Counted from the stretch's first letter, positions 29,284 to 38,632 are shown. The stretch is 64,000 bases of DNA from an uncultured Clostridia bacterium (GCA_934149365.1 CAKPEI010000002.1:139767-203766), one strand, 5' to 3'. Translations and numbers: made by a program. The notes: generated from the sequence alone by a model not told the origin.

Positions 29284-29898
29284 ATGAAAGAAAAACGGTA
29301 TAATCAATTCGAAGAGGAAAGGATAAAAAAGCTTGCCTATGAAGAATATGCTTGTGAATTTGAAAAAGTAATAGACACGGTGTTTGATAAAGTAAGCTCT
29401 GGAAAAATACGTTGGGAAAAATGGGATAAAGAGCAATTTGAAACTGGTTTAACTAAGCGGTATAAAAGAAATTGGAAAACAGACATAGATACTGCTGAAA
29501 TCTATAACGGAGTACTGTCAGAACATGTTAGAGTGTACGTTCAGCAAGATTTCATGAAAGAGCTTTACGGCTATACTTATTCTTCTGGTAAAGGTAACTT
29601 TAAAGATTATGGTACAGTTTTATTCTTTGCAATACCTGGAGATGATGGTAATTATGATATCTTAGACTTTTTGTCATATTGGGTGCTTACAGTTTTAAAA
29701 CCTAAGTACAACAAGTGGGTAAAAAGTCAAAAGATTGGCAAAGAAGAGATTTCTCAAAGATGGAGCCCTTTGTATGATGTTATCAAGTTTTATGACAGTA
29801 CTATTTCAAAGGAAGAAGCAAAGGAAAACCTTATTTATTCGCTAAAACTTCATGACATCAAATTTGACAAAATTACAGATTACGAAATATTTTTTTAA
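29284..29898 (+). CDS. hypothetical protein (204 aa)
   Basis: ORF with GGGAGG ribosome-binding site; followed by a terminator hairpin CCCTTGAGG...CCTCAAGGG at 29908-29936. Confidence 0.4.
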   Translation: MKEKRYNQFEEERIKKLAYEEYACEFEKVIDTVFDKVSSGKIRWEKWDKEQFETGLTKRYKRNWKTDIDTAEIYNGVLSEHVRVYVQQDFMKELYGYTYSSGKGNFKDYGTVLFFAIPGDDGNYDILDFLSYWVLTVLKPKYNKWVKSQKIGKEEISQRWSPLYDVIKFYDSTISKEEAKENLIYSLKLHDIKFDKITDYEIFF

Positions 29899-29907
29899 AT
29901 CTAAATG

Positions 29908-29936
29908 CCCTTGAGGATAAACCTCAAGGGTATTTG
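29908..29936 (+). terminator. rho-independent terminator
   Basis: 9-bp GC-rich stem followed by a T-rich run. Confidence 0.5.
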
Positions 29937-30050
29937 CTATTTTACACTAATAATTAACCACTATTTTAATTATTTTCTTTACAAATTCCGACTTTTGGTA
30001 TATTATGTATATGTAAAATTTTATAACGGTTTACGAAGGATGGTATTTAT

Positions 30051-31490
30051 ATGAAAATTAAATTAAATATTCAAAAAGATGGAGAAAACTTGATTAAGGA
30101 AAAATTAATAAAAAGAAGCGAAGAAAAGCCTAAAAAAGTATACTTTTATATGGGGAATATGAAAGAAAGTGGCTTTGATATATTAGAAGAATGCTTGATT
30201 GATTTAAAAGCTAAGAAATTGATAGTTTTAGGTGTAGATAAAAAGAACACTACTAAAAAAATGCTAGATACGTTATATAACTATACAAAGAGTGTATATG
30301 TTTTTAATAACAATGGTGTAGTCGAATTTGATAGCAATATTGCTGTATTTGAACATGAAGAAAAAGCATATGTGTACATAATGAATTCTAATGTTTCTGA
30401 GGGAACATTTGTAGATGATATAGCTACATATACAGAAATAGAGTTTGATTTTAACTCTGAAGAAGATGTTTTGCAATATAAAGAATATACTAAGCAGTTG
30501 GTTAGTATGTCAAAATTTGAAGAAGCAATAAAGTTGGATAAGGAAGTTATTAAAGACTTATTTGATAATTCTCAGATATTTACAACTAAACAATATACAC
30601 ATAGTGTAATGACAATAGCAGAGCTTTTAGGCGAAAAAGAGAAAAATGAAAAGAAAGAGATTAAAAAAGGTGAAATAGAAGTTCCAGATACAGATGAAAT
30701 TATAGGGACTAAAATACCAAAAATAGATTTAAGCGAAGTAGAAGATTTTAGTATTGACATAGATATAGATGACTCTGTAAAAAGAGAGGAAAATATTATA
30801 CAAAAAGAAGAAAACAAAAAACAGGAAGCTAAAAAAGTAAAAGCAGAAAAAAAGAAAATTGAAGAAGTAGAAGATATAGAAGACATTCAAGAAAGCGAAG
30901 AATTTGATGCTAATGATGTGCTTGATATAGAAAGCATGCTTTTTGAAAAGGCAGATATAAAGCTAGATAAGGAAGGAATAAACGCTAAATTATCAGAAAA
31001 GGATGATGAAGAGGAAAAAGTTTCTTCTAAAAAAGTTGATTTAACAAAAGTTAGTAATTTAATTATGGAACTTCCTAAAAAACCAACAAAGGGAAAAGAT
31101 TTTTCTGTAATTAAAGTGCCAAATTATATAAAAGATATGATACCTGATTTCTTTTCTGCTATGGCAAAACAAAAAACAGTAGAAAGAGATGGCGCTACAT
31201 ATAAAGAAAGTAAGATTAAACTTGAAGTAGTAGATGTTTCAAACAATGAAAAGTATGTGGATAAGAATGCAAAAATTATTTCTAAAACAGGACAAACATA
31301 TATAATGTTTTCATCTGATTATTTAGGAAATGTAGAATATGATGAAAATGATATAGTTAGGATTATTAAACTTGATAATAATACTTATCATATAGAAATT
31401 GTACCACAAGATGTACAAGAATATAAAATATGGAAAAAATTATGTACAAATAACTTTAAGGGGTCAAGTAGAAGTTATGGCGTTATGTAA
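30051..31490 (+). CDS. hypothetical acidic Lys/Glu-rich protein (479 aa), immediately upstream of smc
   Basis: Conserved-looking N-terminal ~130 aa and C-terminal ~150 aa domains, separated by a low-complexity KE/D-rich linker. Confidence 0.4.
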   Translation: MKIKLNIQKDGENLIKEKLIKRSEEKPKKVYFYMGNMKESGFDILEECLIDLKAKKLIVLGVDKKNTTKKMLDTLYNYTKSVYVFNNNGVVEFDSNIAVFEHEEKAYVYIMNSNVSEGTFVDDIATYTEIEFDFNSEEDVLQYKEYTKQLVSMSKFEEAIKLDKEVIKDLFDNSQIFTTKQYTHSVMTIAELLGEKEKNEKKEIKKGEIEVPDTDEIIGTKIPKIDLSEVEDFSIDIDIDDSVKREENIIQKEENKKQEAKKVKAEKKKIEEVEDIEDIQESEEFDANDVLDIESMLFEKADIKLDKEGINAKLSEKDDEEEKVSSKKVDLTKVSNLIMELPKKPTKGKDFSVIKVPNYIKDMIPDFFSAMAKQKTVERDGATYKESKIKLEVVDVSNNEKYVDKNAKIISKTGQTYIMFSSDYLGNVEYDENDIVRIIKLDNNTYHIEIVPQDVQEYKIWKKLCTNNFKGSSRSYGVM

Positions 31491-31510
31491 TTAGAATAGT
31501 AGGGGTAAAA

Positions 31511-34500
31511 ATGCAATTAAAAAGAGTAGAAATACATGGATTTAAATCATTTGCTGAAAAGACAAATATAGAATTTTTAGATGGTGTTACAACTATTGTT
31601 GGACCAAATGGAAGTGGTAAGAGTAACGTTTCAGACGCAATAAGGTGGGTACTAGGAGAACAAAGTGCTAAAAGCCTTAGAGGTTCAAAAATGGAGGATG
31701 TTATATTTGCCGGAACAGAGCAAAGAAAAATGCTTGGACTTGCTGAAGTTACACTTGTTTTAGATAATTCTGATAACAAACTGCCAGTAGAATATAACGA
31801 AGTGGCAGTAACAAGAAGAGTATATAGAAGTGGCGATAGTGAATATTATATAAATAAAAATCAATGTAGATTAAAAGATATTCAAGAACTTTTTATGGAT
31901 ACAGGTGTAGGTAGAGACGGTTATAGTATAATTGGGCAAGGAAAAATCGATGAAATATTGTCTTCTAAGTCAGAAGAACGTAGAAGTATATTTGAAGAAG
32001 CATCGGGAATAGTTAAATATAGAACAAGAAAAGAAGAAGCCTTAAGAAAATTAGAACACACTAATACTAATTTAACTAGAGTTACAGATGTTTTAAATGA
32101 AATAGAAACTTCTTTAGGACCACTTGAAGAAAAATCTAAAGTGGCAAAAAAATATTTGGAATTAAGAGATGAACTTAAAGGTTTAGAAGTTAGATCTTTT
32201 ATTAATACTATATTTAGTGCAGAAGAAGAAATAAATAAAATAAATGAAGCAATAGAAGGACTAGAACAAAGTATAGCAGGTAGTCAAAAAGAGATAGAAA
32301 ATATAGAAAAAGAAAAAGATGAATCTAAGGTATCTCTTGAAAAAATATTATTAAATATAGAAAAAAGTCAAGAGGAATATTTTGAAAAAGCAAATGAAAT
32401 AGAAAAATTAAAAACTAGAATAGAAACTTTTGATGATAGAATGGATAACAACAAAGTTGCTATAGAAAGACTTAACTTAGAAATAGAAGAAGATATGATA
32501 TCTATAGAATCTTTAAAAGAAGATATAGAAAAAAGAAATGTAAAAAAGAAAAACATGTTAGACAATAAAGTTAGATTTGAGCAAGAACTAGAAGAAAAAG
32601 AACTAGAATTAGAAGAATTAACTGCCAACATGACAACTAAAGAACTTGAAATTGAAGAAATAAAAAGATATATTGAATCTTTGAAAGATAAGTTAACTGA
32701 ATATAAAGTGGAGACAAGCTCACTTGAATCAACAATGGAAGCAAACCAAAAAAGAATAGATACTCTTTTAAAAGAAAATACTTCTAATATTTCTTCTGCA
32801 GATAGCATAAGAATTTCTGAAGCTGAGGAAAGAGAAAACTTCTCTAAGATTAAAAAGCAAAAAACAGATTTAGAGGAAGCTATAAAAAACTTGGATGAAG
32901 TAAAAGAAAGAATAGAAATAAACATTACTGGTTTTAATGATAAAGATGCAGAATTTAAACAAAAAATGCTTGAAATAAAATCTAAGATAAACTACTTAAC
33001 TAACTTAGAAAATGAAAACGAAGGATATATAAAGAGCGTTAAAGAGGTAATAGAAAAATCTAAAACAGATGGTACATATGGTCACTCTGTTTATGGAACT
33101 CTTGCTTCTATAATAACAACAGAAGAAAAATATGAAAAGGCAATAGAGATTGCATTAGGTGGATACTTACAAAACATAGTTGTGGAGACAGACAAGGATG
33201 CTAAAGATGCAATAAGATTTTTAAAACAAAATTCTTTGGGAAGAGCAACATTTTTACCTTTGAAGAGTGTTAAATCTTCTAGAGAAGATAATTTTAAAAC
33301 TAAGGAAAGTGGCTTTGTTGGACATGCCATGAACCTAATAAAGTATGACAAAAAATTTGAGAACGTAGTAAGGCTTGCACTTGGCCGAGTTATTATAGCA
33401 GATAATATAGATAATGGTGTAGTTATATCAAAAACTATACCACAAGGAACTAAGGTAGTAACATTAGATGGAGATATAGTAATGTCTACAGGTAGTATGA
33501 CAGGTGGAGCCGCTATGTCTAAAAAAACATCACTTCTTGGCAGAAGCTCTAAAATAGATAAGGCAAAAGAAGAATTGCAAAAACTAGAGAGTGAATATAA
33601 CAAATTTAATGAAAGTATAAAGAGTGATAGAGAGTCATATCAGAATGTTGTAAATGAGATAGAACAAAAAACAGATGAATTACACAAAGTGAACATCGAT
33701 TATAGTGTAACTGAAGAAAAGTTAAATAATATAGTAAAACAATCTGAAAAAATAGCTAATTTGAGAAAAAATAGAGAAGAAGAAAAAGAAAGCTTGTTTA
33801 AACAAAATGAAGAAATAATTGCTAAAAAATTAAGTATAGCTGAGGCTTCTGCAATGATTCAAAATGAAATAGAAATAAAAAATGGTGAAGTAGAAGAGTA
33901 TGCTAGATTTAATAAAGAAAAAGAAGATAATGTTAATTTCTTAAATGAAGATATTGTTAATCTTAAAATATCATTATCATCATTTGACGAATCAAATATT
34001 GCAATAGATGAAATGGTAGAAAAAATAAAAGAAGATATAACATCATTAGAAGCTTCGATAGAAAAGAAAAAACAAAACATAGCTGATTGTCAAAATGAGA
34101 TTGAAAGATCAGAAGAAGATAATAAACAAGATAATGTTAATATAGAAAAATTAAATGAAGAAATTGAAGGTCTTAAGAAATACAACAATACTTTAAAAGA
34201 ATCAAAAACTCAAAATATGGAAAATCAAGCTAAGCTAGAACAAGCATATATTCAGAAACTACAAGATTTAGATAAATTAAGAGATCAAAAAGGAAAGGTT
34301 GAGGGCAAAAGAGTTAAATTCGATATTGAAATAGATGCTCTTAAAAACAAAATGTGGGATGACTATGAGCTTACTATTAGTAGTGCAAAAGAGTACGATA
34401 AAGTAAGTACAGTAGATAAAGAACTATCTAAAACTAAGATAGATAGTAGTATAAACAAGATAAAATCTCAGATTAAATCTTTAGGTGAGGTTAGTGTAAG

Positions 34501-35074
34501 TAGTATAGAAGAATATAAAGAACAGAGCGAAAGAGCTGTATTTATATCTACGCAGAAAAAAGATTTAGAAGAAACCGCAAATAAACTTACTAATTTAATT
34601 GAAAATACTACATCTATAATGAAAACTCAATTTGCAAAACAATTTAAGATAATAAGAGAAAACTTCTCAAAAGTATTTGTTGAACTATTTGATGGAGGAA
34701 GAGCAGATTTAAGATTGTCTGATGAAGCAAACATATTAGAAAGTGGAATAGAAATAGAAGTACAACCACCTGGTAAAAAACTTCAAAATATGATGCTTCT
34801 ATCTGGTGGAGAAAGAGCACTTACTGCCATAGCACTACTATTTGCTATATTAAAAATAAAGACACCACCGTTTTGTATATTAGACGAAATCGAAGCTGCA
34901 CTTGATGATATAAATGTAGCAAGATTTGCTAAATATATTAAAAAATATTCAAAACAAACTCAATTTATAGTAATAACACACAGAAAAGGTACAATGGAAG
35001 TAGCATCTTCTGTATATGGTGTAACAATGCAGGAATATGGTGTATCAAAACTTGTATCTATGAAATTGAAATAA
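31511..35074 (+). CDS. smc: chromosome segregation protein SMC
   Basis: 1187 aa. N-terminal Walker A GPNGSGKSN, long coiled coils, hinge, C-terminal signature LSGGERALTAIALLFA and Walker B ILDEIEAALD. Confidence 0.92.
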   Translation: MQLKRVEIHGFKSFAEKTNIEFLDGVTTIVGPNGSGKSNVSDAIRWVLGEQSAKSLRGSKMEDVIFAGTEQRKMLGLAEVTLVLDNSDNKLPVEYNEVAVTRRVYRSGDSEYYINKNQCRLKDIQELFMDTGVGRDGYSIIGQGKIDEILSSKSEERRSIFEEASGIVKYRTRKEEALRKLEHTNTNLTRVTDVLNEIETSLGPLEEKSKVAKKYLELRDELKGLEVRSFINTIFSAEEEINKINEAIEGLEQSIAGSQKEIENIEKEKDESKVSLEKILLNIEKSQEEYFEKANEIEKLKTRIETFDDRMDNNKVAIERLNLEIEEDMISIESLKEDIEKRNVKKKNMLDNKVRFEQELEEKELELEELTANMTTKELEIEEIKRYIESLKDKLTEYKVETSSLESTMEANQKRIDTLLKENTSNISSADSIRISEAEERENFSKIKKQKTDLEEAIKNLDEVKERIEINITGFNDKDAEFKQKMLEIKSKINYLTNLENENEGYIKSVKEVIEKSKTDGTYGHSVYGTLASIITTEEKYEKAIEIALGGYLQNIVVETDKDAKDAIRFLKQNSLGRATFLPLKSVKSSREDNFKTKESGFVGHAMNLIKYDKKFENVVRLALGRVIIADNIDNGVVISKTIPQGTKVVTLDGDIVMSTGSMTGGAAMSKKTSLLGRSSKIDKAKEELQKLESEYNKFNESIKSDRESYQNVVNEIEQKTDELHKVNIDYSVTEEKLNNIVKQSEKIANLRKNREEEKESLFKQNEEIIAKKLSIAEASAMIQNEIEIKNGEVEEYARFNKEKEDNVNFLNEDIVNLKISLSSFDESNIAIDEMVEKIKEDITSLEASIEKKKQNIADCQNEIERSEEDNKQDNVNIEKLNEEIEGLKKYNNTLKESKTQNMENQAKLEQAYIQKLQDLDKLRDQKGKVEGKRVKFDIEIDALKNKMWDDYELTISSAKEYDKVSTVDKELSKTKIDSSINKIKSQIKSLGEVSVSSIEEYKEQSERAVFISTQKKDLEETANKLTNLIENTTSIMKTQFAKQFKIIRENFSKVFVELFDGGRADLRLSDEANILESGIEIEVQPPGKKLQNMMLLSGGERALTAIALLFAILKIKTPPFCILDEIEAALDDINVARFAKYIKKYSKQTQFIVITHRKGTMEVASSVYGVTMQEYGVSKLVSMKLK

Positions 35075-35088
35075 AAGGCAAAAAAGTA

Positions 35089-35117
35089 TTGAAAAAAGAA
35101 AATAGATAAGGTAAAAT
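35089..35117 (+). promoter_or_regulatory. promoter of leader L2 (TTGAAA-N17-TAAAAT)
   Basis: Same TTGAAAAAAG... architecture as the L1 and L4 promoters. Confidence 0.4.
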
Positions 35118-35160
35118 TAGAACTTGAGAAGAAAAGAAAAAATAACAAAGGAGAAAAGTT

Positions 35161-35292
35161 ATGTTGGCAATAATGCGTGCAAGTGTTGAAACTCTAGAGA
35201 GAAGTACAACTAAAAATATAGCTACAAAAGTAGCTTTAGTTTGCATGCAAAAAATAAATTATATAAAAAACATAAAGTTAGGTATATACTAA
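35161..35292 (+). CDS. leader peptide ORF L2 (43 aa, MLAIMRASVETLERSTTKNIATKVALVCMQKINYIKNIKLGIY), long form ending in the terminator loop
   Basis: AAAGGAGAA ribosome-binding site. Its C-terminal half is homologous to the alternative-frame extensions of L1, L3 and L4 (ATKVA.F/C.QKI...). The stop TAA sits in the loop of the terminator hairpin. Confidence 0.4.
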   Translation: MLAIMRASVETLERSTTKNIATKVALVCMQKINYIKNIKLGIY

Positions 35293-35315
35293 GAAAGTAT
35301 ATAGCTAGCTTTTTT
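35276..35315 (+). terminator. intrinsic terminator/attenuator of leader L2
   Basis: AGTTAGGTATATAC-taagaaa-GTATATAGCTAGCT (14 bp, 1 mismatch) followed by TTTTT. Confidence 0.55.
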
Positions 35316-35485
35316 GAGCTATATGTAAAAGATAAAATAAAGGTATAAACATAGTAAATGCAATTAAAAATGATTGCAAAAATTAAATTAATGTGAAATA
35401 ATATGTATATATTAAAATAATTTGTTTAAAGAATACGAGGGGGTAAAAAATATGGGAACAAATAAAAAACGGTATATCATTAATA

Positions 35486-36652
35486 GTGTTAGTAATAACA
35501 ATAATAGTGATGATAATTTTAGCCGCAGCAATAATTTTATCACTATCAAATAACGGAATAATAGGAAAAGCAGATAAAGCCAAAATAGATAGTGATACAG
35601 CAAGTTTAAAAGAGTATGTAAACACATTAAGAGCAGAGTATGAGCTAATGACAGCAGATGAAAGAAATAGGAAAACATTTGAAGCATATGCAAATGCCAA
35701 ACTGGAAGAAAATGGCTATAAAGGAGCTGCCATAGATGTAGATGGCAAAGTACATTCTAACTTAACTGAATCAGCAAAGACGGCAATAAAAGCAGGAATA
35801 AAAGTAGGAGATAAAGTTGAGGGGTATATATTAACAGAAAAAAGTTATACAACAAGTGGTGAAGAAAATGATGGTATAAAACAAACGTTAAAAACAGATA
35901 CATCAGTAACATGGAAATATATAGGAATAGGAGAAGATGGAAACTTAGAGATAGTAGCAGATATTTCAGCCACTGAAATTTCTAAGTCTGCTGCAGAATA
36001 TAAAATATCGTTATTAGCAACTGGTGGACCAACAGAAGAAACGGGAACTTCTAAGAAAACTTTGACGTTATCAGGAAAAGGTGGATATTTAAATGGACCA
36101 GCAGAACTAGATAAAGCGTGTGCAACACTATATTCAGTAGATGGAAAAGGAACAGCAAAAAGTATGAACATAGACCATGTAACAAGAATATTAGGTTATA
36201 CAGGAGAAAAAGGTTCATATTTGGATGCAGATGGTAATTACGTAAAAACAGCAGAAGCAATGACAATAGGAGAAATAGAAAAAAAACTTGGAACAGAGCT
36301 AAGGTATAGAACAACACCAGATGGAAAAGATATATCAACATATAAATCAGACGATTACTATATAAATAAAACAAGTGATGTAAGTAAAATGCAAAATGCC
36401 GGAAATGTAGGACTAGTATATGGCTCAACAGAATATTGGCTTGCCTCTTCGTCTGTCTATGCAGATTTCAGTAATAAATGTACAGAATTTTATATGCGTT
36501 ACGTGCAATTAGAAGGAGTGGATAGATTTGCTATGTTTAAGTCATTTAATTACTGGGATAAATTTTCATGTGCCATTCGACCGGTAGTTTCATTAGCATC
36601 TAATATTCAGATAGAAAACGGAAGAAATGTTGGTACTTGGGTTATAAAATAG
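35486..36652 (+). CDS. prepilin-like N-terminus protein, paralog 2 (closest to paralog 4); apparent frameshift at the 5' end
   Basis: The ORF track begins at GTG 35486 (MLVITIIVMIILAAAIILSLSNNGIIGKADKAK...). The paralog-consistent ATG at 35452, with a GAGGGGG ribosome-binding site, is out of frame because of an A6 tract at about 35464-35469; A5 would restore MGTNKNGISLIV.... Confidence 0.55.
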   Translation: MLVITIIVMIILAAAIILSLSNNGIIGKADKAKIDSDTASLKEYVNTLRAEYELMTADERNRKTFEAYANAKLEENGYKGAAIDVDGKVHSNLTESAKTAIKAGIKVGDKVEGYILTEKSYTTSGEENDGIKQTLKTDTSVTWKYIGIGEDGNLEIVADISATEISKSAAEYKISLLATGGPTEETGTSKKTLTLSGKGGYLNGPAELDKACATLYSVDGKGTAKSMNIDHVTRILGYTGEKGSYLDADGNYVKTAEAMTIGEIEKKLGTELRYRTTPDGKDISTYKSDDYYINKTSDVSKMQNAGNVGLVYGSTEYWLASSSVYADFSNKCTEFYMRYVQLEGVDRFAMFKSFNYWDKFSCAIRPVVSLASNIQIENGRNVGTWVIK

Positions 36653-36839
36653 CTGACAACCTGACATTTTAGTCGAAACACCTGATAACAGGGGAACAGA
36701 GGCGTAAAATAAGCCGCCCAACATATTTAAAATTGCAGGAAACTGCAATTTTTTTATGCAAATAACAAATAAGACATAATACTTGAATAAAATATTGGAA
36801 AATGATAGAATTGTAATTAAATTAAAATGGAGGGAATAT

Positions 36840-38618
36840 ATGATACTTGAAAGTTTCGCTATTGCTACTTTTGGTTTAACAGAATTTACTAAAACACAGC
36901 ATTATAGCCTAGAAGAAGATAGTAAAGAAAAAATATTATCAGATGGATTATATCACTTTACTAGTAAAGATGCCGCAGAAAAAATAATGAAAGACGGTTT
37001 TCTTAGACCATCTAAAGGACGTATTAGAAATCATATGGGAAAAGATAAGGTGTATATGTTTGCAGGTATGCCTGATGTTGATAATTTTGCTAAAAATTTA
37101 CCAGCAAAGTTAAACCCATTTATATCAGGGAATTTAGAATTTTCTGCAGTTAAAGTAAATCCGGATGAGCAAGAATTACACAAGTTTAAGGAAAGATTAC
37201 AAGATAGCGCTATTGTATATGAAGGTAGATATGATATAGGAAATAAAGGTAAAGCAGTAGACTTAGTAGTGGATATTGATAACTCAGGAAAATGCACGTT
37301 TAGAGAAAAAACAGAGGAAGAAATACAAAATGGCTATATGCCAAGTGAAGAATTGCTAAAGTATATAGAAGACCATAAGATATCTAAAAAATTTAGTGCT
37401 ATAAGATTACTGGGAATGGAAGTTAAATTTGGAATGTCTTCTATACCTAAAATGCCTAAGAGAGTATATAGAGATTTTAAAGATAAAGCACAAAGAAGAA
37501 AAGAAATAAAAGAATTTGAAAAATATTCATTTAGTATGAATATAAAAGATAGTGATGATGTAGAAAATTTATATAATGTAAATTGCGATAAGCTTGAATT
37601 TTATGGAGATAAGAAATTAAATAGAGTTAATATAGAAAAGATAAATAAGCAAACTGGTGAAAAGGAGTCATATAGATGTTATGCAGACGGCCACTTATTA
37701 AATTTGGGTGATGAAGCTGCAGCAATGTATATGCAAAAAATAGAAGAGGCAAGTCAAAATGGCATGTTGAACAAAATAAATGGAATTGACTATATAGGTC
37801 AGCCTATGTTAGATACAGAAGAAGGTCGTATAACGATAGGTGTTGATGCTAAATTTAATGAAATGTTAAGGGAAAGAAATAGAGCAGAAGAACTTGGAAA
37901 TATAACCAATAAGTCGTACGATATATTTAATACTAAAAAGAAAGAATATTATAGCAAACATCCTTTTAAGAGAATAATGGAAAAGCTAACTGGTAAGGCG
38001 CCTAAAAGACTAGAAAGCAGAGATAATATAGGAAAGTATACAAATAATAAATTAGACAAAGTCGCTATAGAAAATATAGAAACACGTGGGCAAGAAGATA
38101 ATTCATTTATAGCTAGTAAAAAGTGTGAAATATCATATAAAGAAGGAAGCGATTATACAGTATTTTTAGGAGATACAGTTGATTTGGATGGTAAACTTTT
38201 AAGAAAAATAATGATATCTGAAGAAAATTATTTAAATAAAAATGCTATGGATACAGTAAAACTTCCTCAAAATTACTATATTGAAGATTTTGATGTGGAA
38301 AGTGTAAATAAAAAAGATTTGGCTAAGCTTTTTTCTACATTAGGAAGAAATCAAAGAGAAGATAATATAAAAATAGAAAATAATGGTTTTGTTGGAACTT
38401 ATTTAGGCGGAGTAAATATAGATAAAAAAGGCAAAGTTAAAGGAATGACTTATGATAGTACGTTAAAAGAAAAGTATGGTCAGAATATTAATATAGATAA
38501 AGAGGAAGATTCACTTGATATGTCTGAATACGTGAATGCAGAGGAAGTTATAAAAGAGAATTATTCTAAAGGAAATGAATCAAAAGAGATAGAAAAAAAT
38601 ATGGAAAAAGAATTGTAA
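36840..38618 (+). CDS. hypothetical protein (593 aa) lying between two prepilin-like paralogs
   Basis: ATG 36840 after a GGAGGG site; the ORF track starts at 36783. N-terminus DGLYHFTSKDAAEKIMKDGFLRPSKG; no transmembrane helix or signal peptide. Confidence 0.45.
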   Translation: MILESFAIATFGLTEFTKTQHYSLEEDSKEKILSDGLYHFTSKDAAEKIMKDGFLRPSKGRIRNHMGKDKVYMFAGMPDVDNFAKNLPAKLNPFISGNLEFSAVKVNPDEQELHKFKERLQDSAIVYEGRYDIGNKGKAVDLVVDIDNSGKCTFREKTEEEIQNGYMPSEELLKYIEDHKISKKFSAIRLLGMEVKFGMSSIPKMPKRVYRDFKDKAQRRKEIKEFEKYSFSMNIKDSDDVENLYNVNCDKLEFYGDKKLNRVNIEKINKQTGEKESYRCYADGHLLNLGDEAAAMYMQKIEEASQNGMLNKINGIDYIGQPMLDTEEGRITIGVDAKFNEMLRERNRAEELGNITNKSYDIFNTKKKEYYSKHPFKRIMEKLTGKAPKRLESRDNIGKYTNNKLDKVAIENIETRGQEDNSFIASKKCEISYKEGSDYTVFLGDTVDLDGKLLRKIMISEENYLNKNAMDTVKLPQNYYIEDFDVESVNKKDLAKLFSTLGRNQREDNIKIENNGFVGTYLGGVNIDKKGKVKGMTYDSTLKEKYGQNINIDKEEDSLDMSEYVNAEEVIKENYSKGNESKEIEKNMEKEL

Positions 38619-38632
38619 AAACATAAAAAATA

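Noticed and set aside
32368-33603. Long antisense ORFs inside smc (32368..32925, 33091..33603, 33859..34080)
   Set aside because: They are Ser/Phe/Leu-rich low-complexity translations of the reverse strand of a Lys/Glu-rich coiled-coil gene, the typical AT-rich antisense artefact. The same reasoning applies to 43882..44664 (antisense to gpr), 51949..52560 (antisense to fba), 26502..27437 (antisense to the Ca-ATPase), 915..1493 (antisense to sigK) and 3283..3693.
35383-36428. Leu/His/Tyr-rich minus-strand ORFs antisense to the prepilin-like paralogs (35383..35700, 35412..35693, 36051..36428, 60872..61210, 60967..61347, 61351..61851)
   Set aside because: These are low-complexity reverse-strand readings of the hydrophobic N-terminal helix and Thr/Asn-rich regions, with no independent signals.
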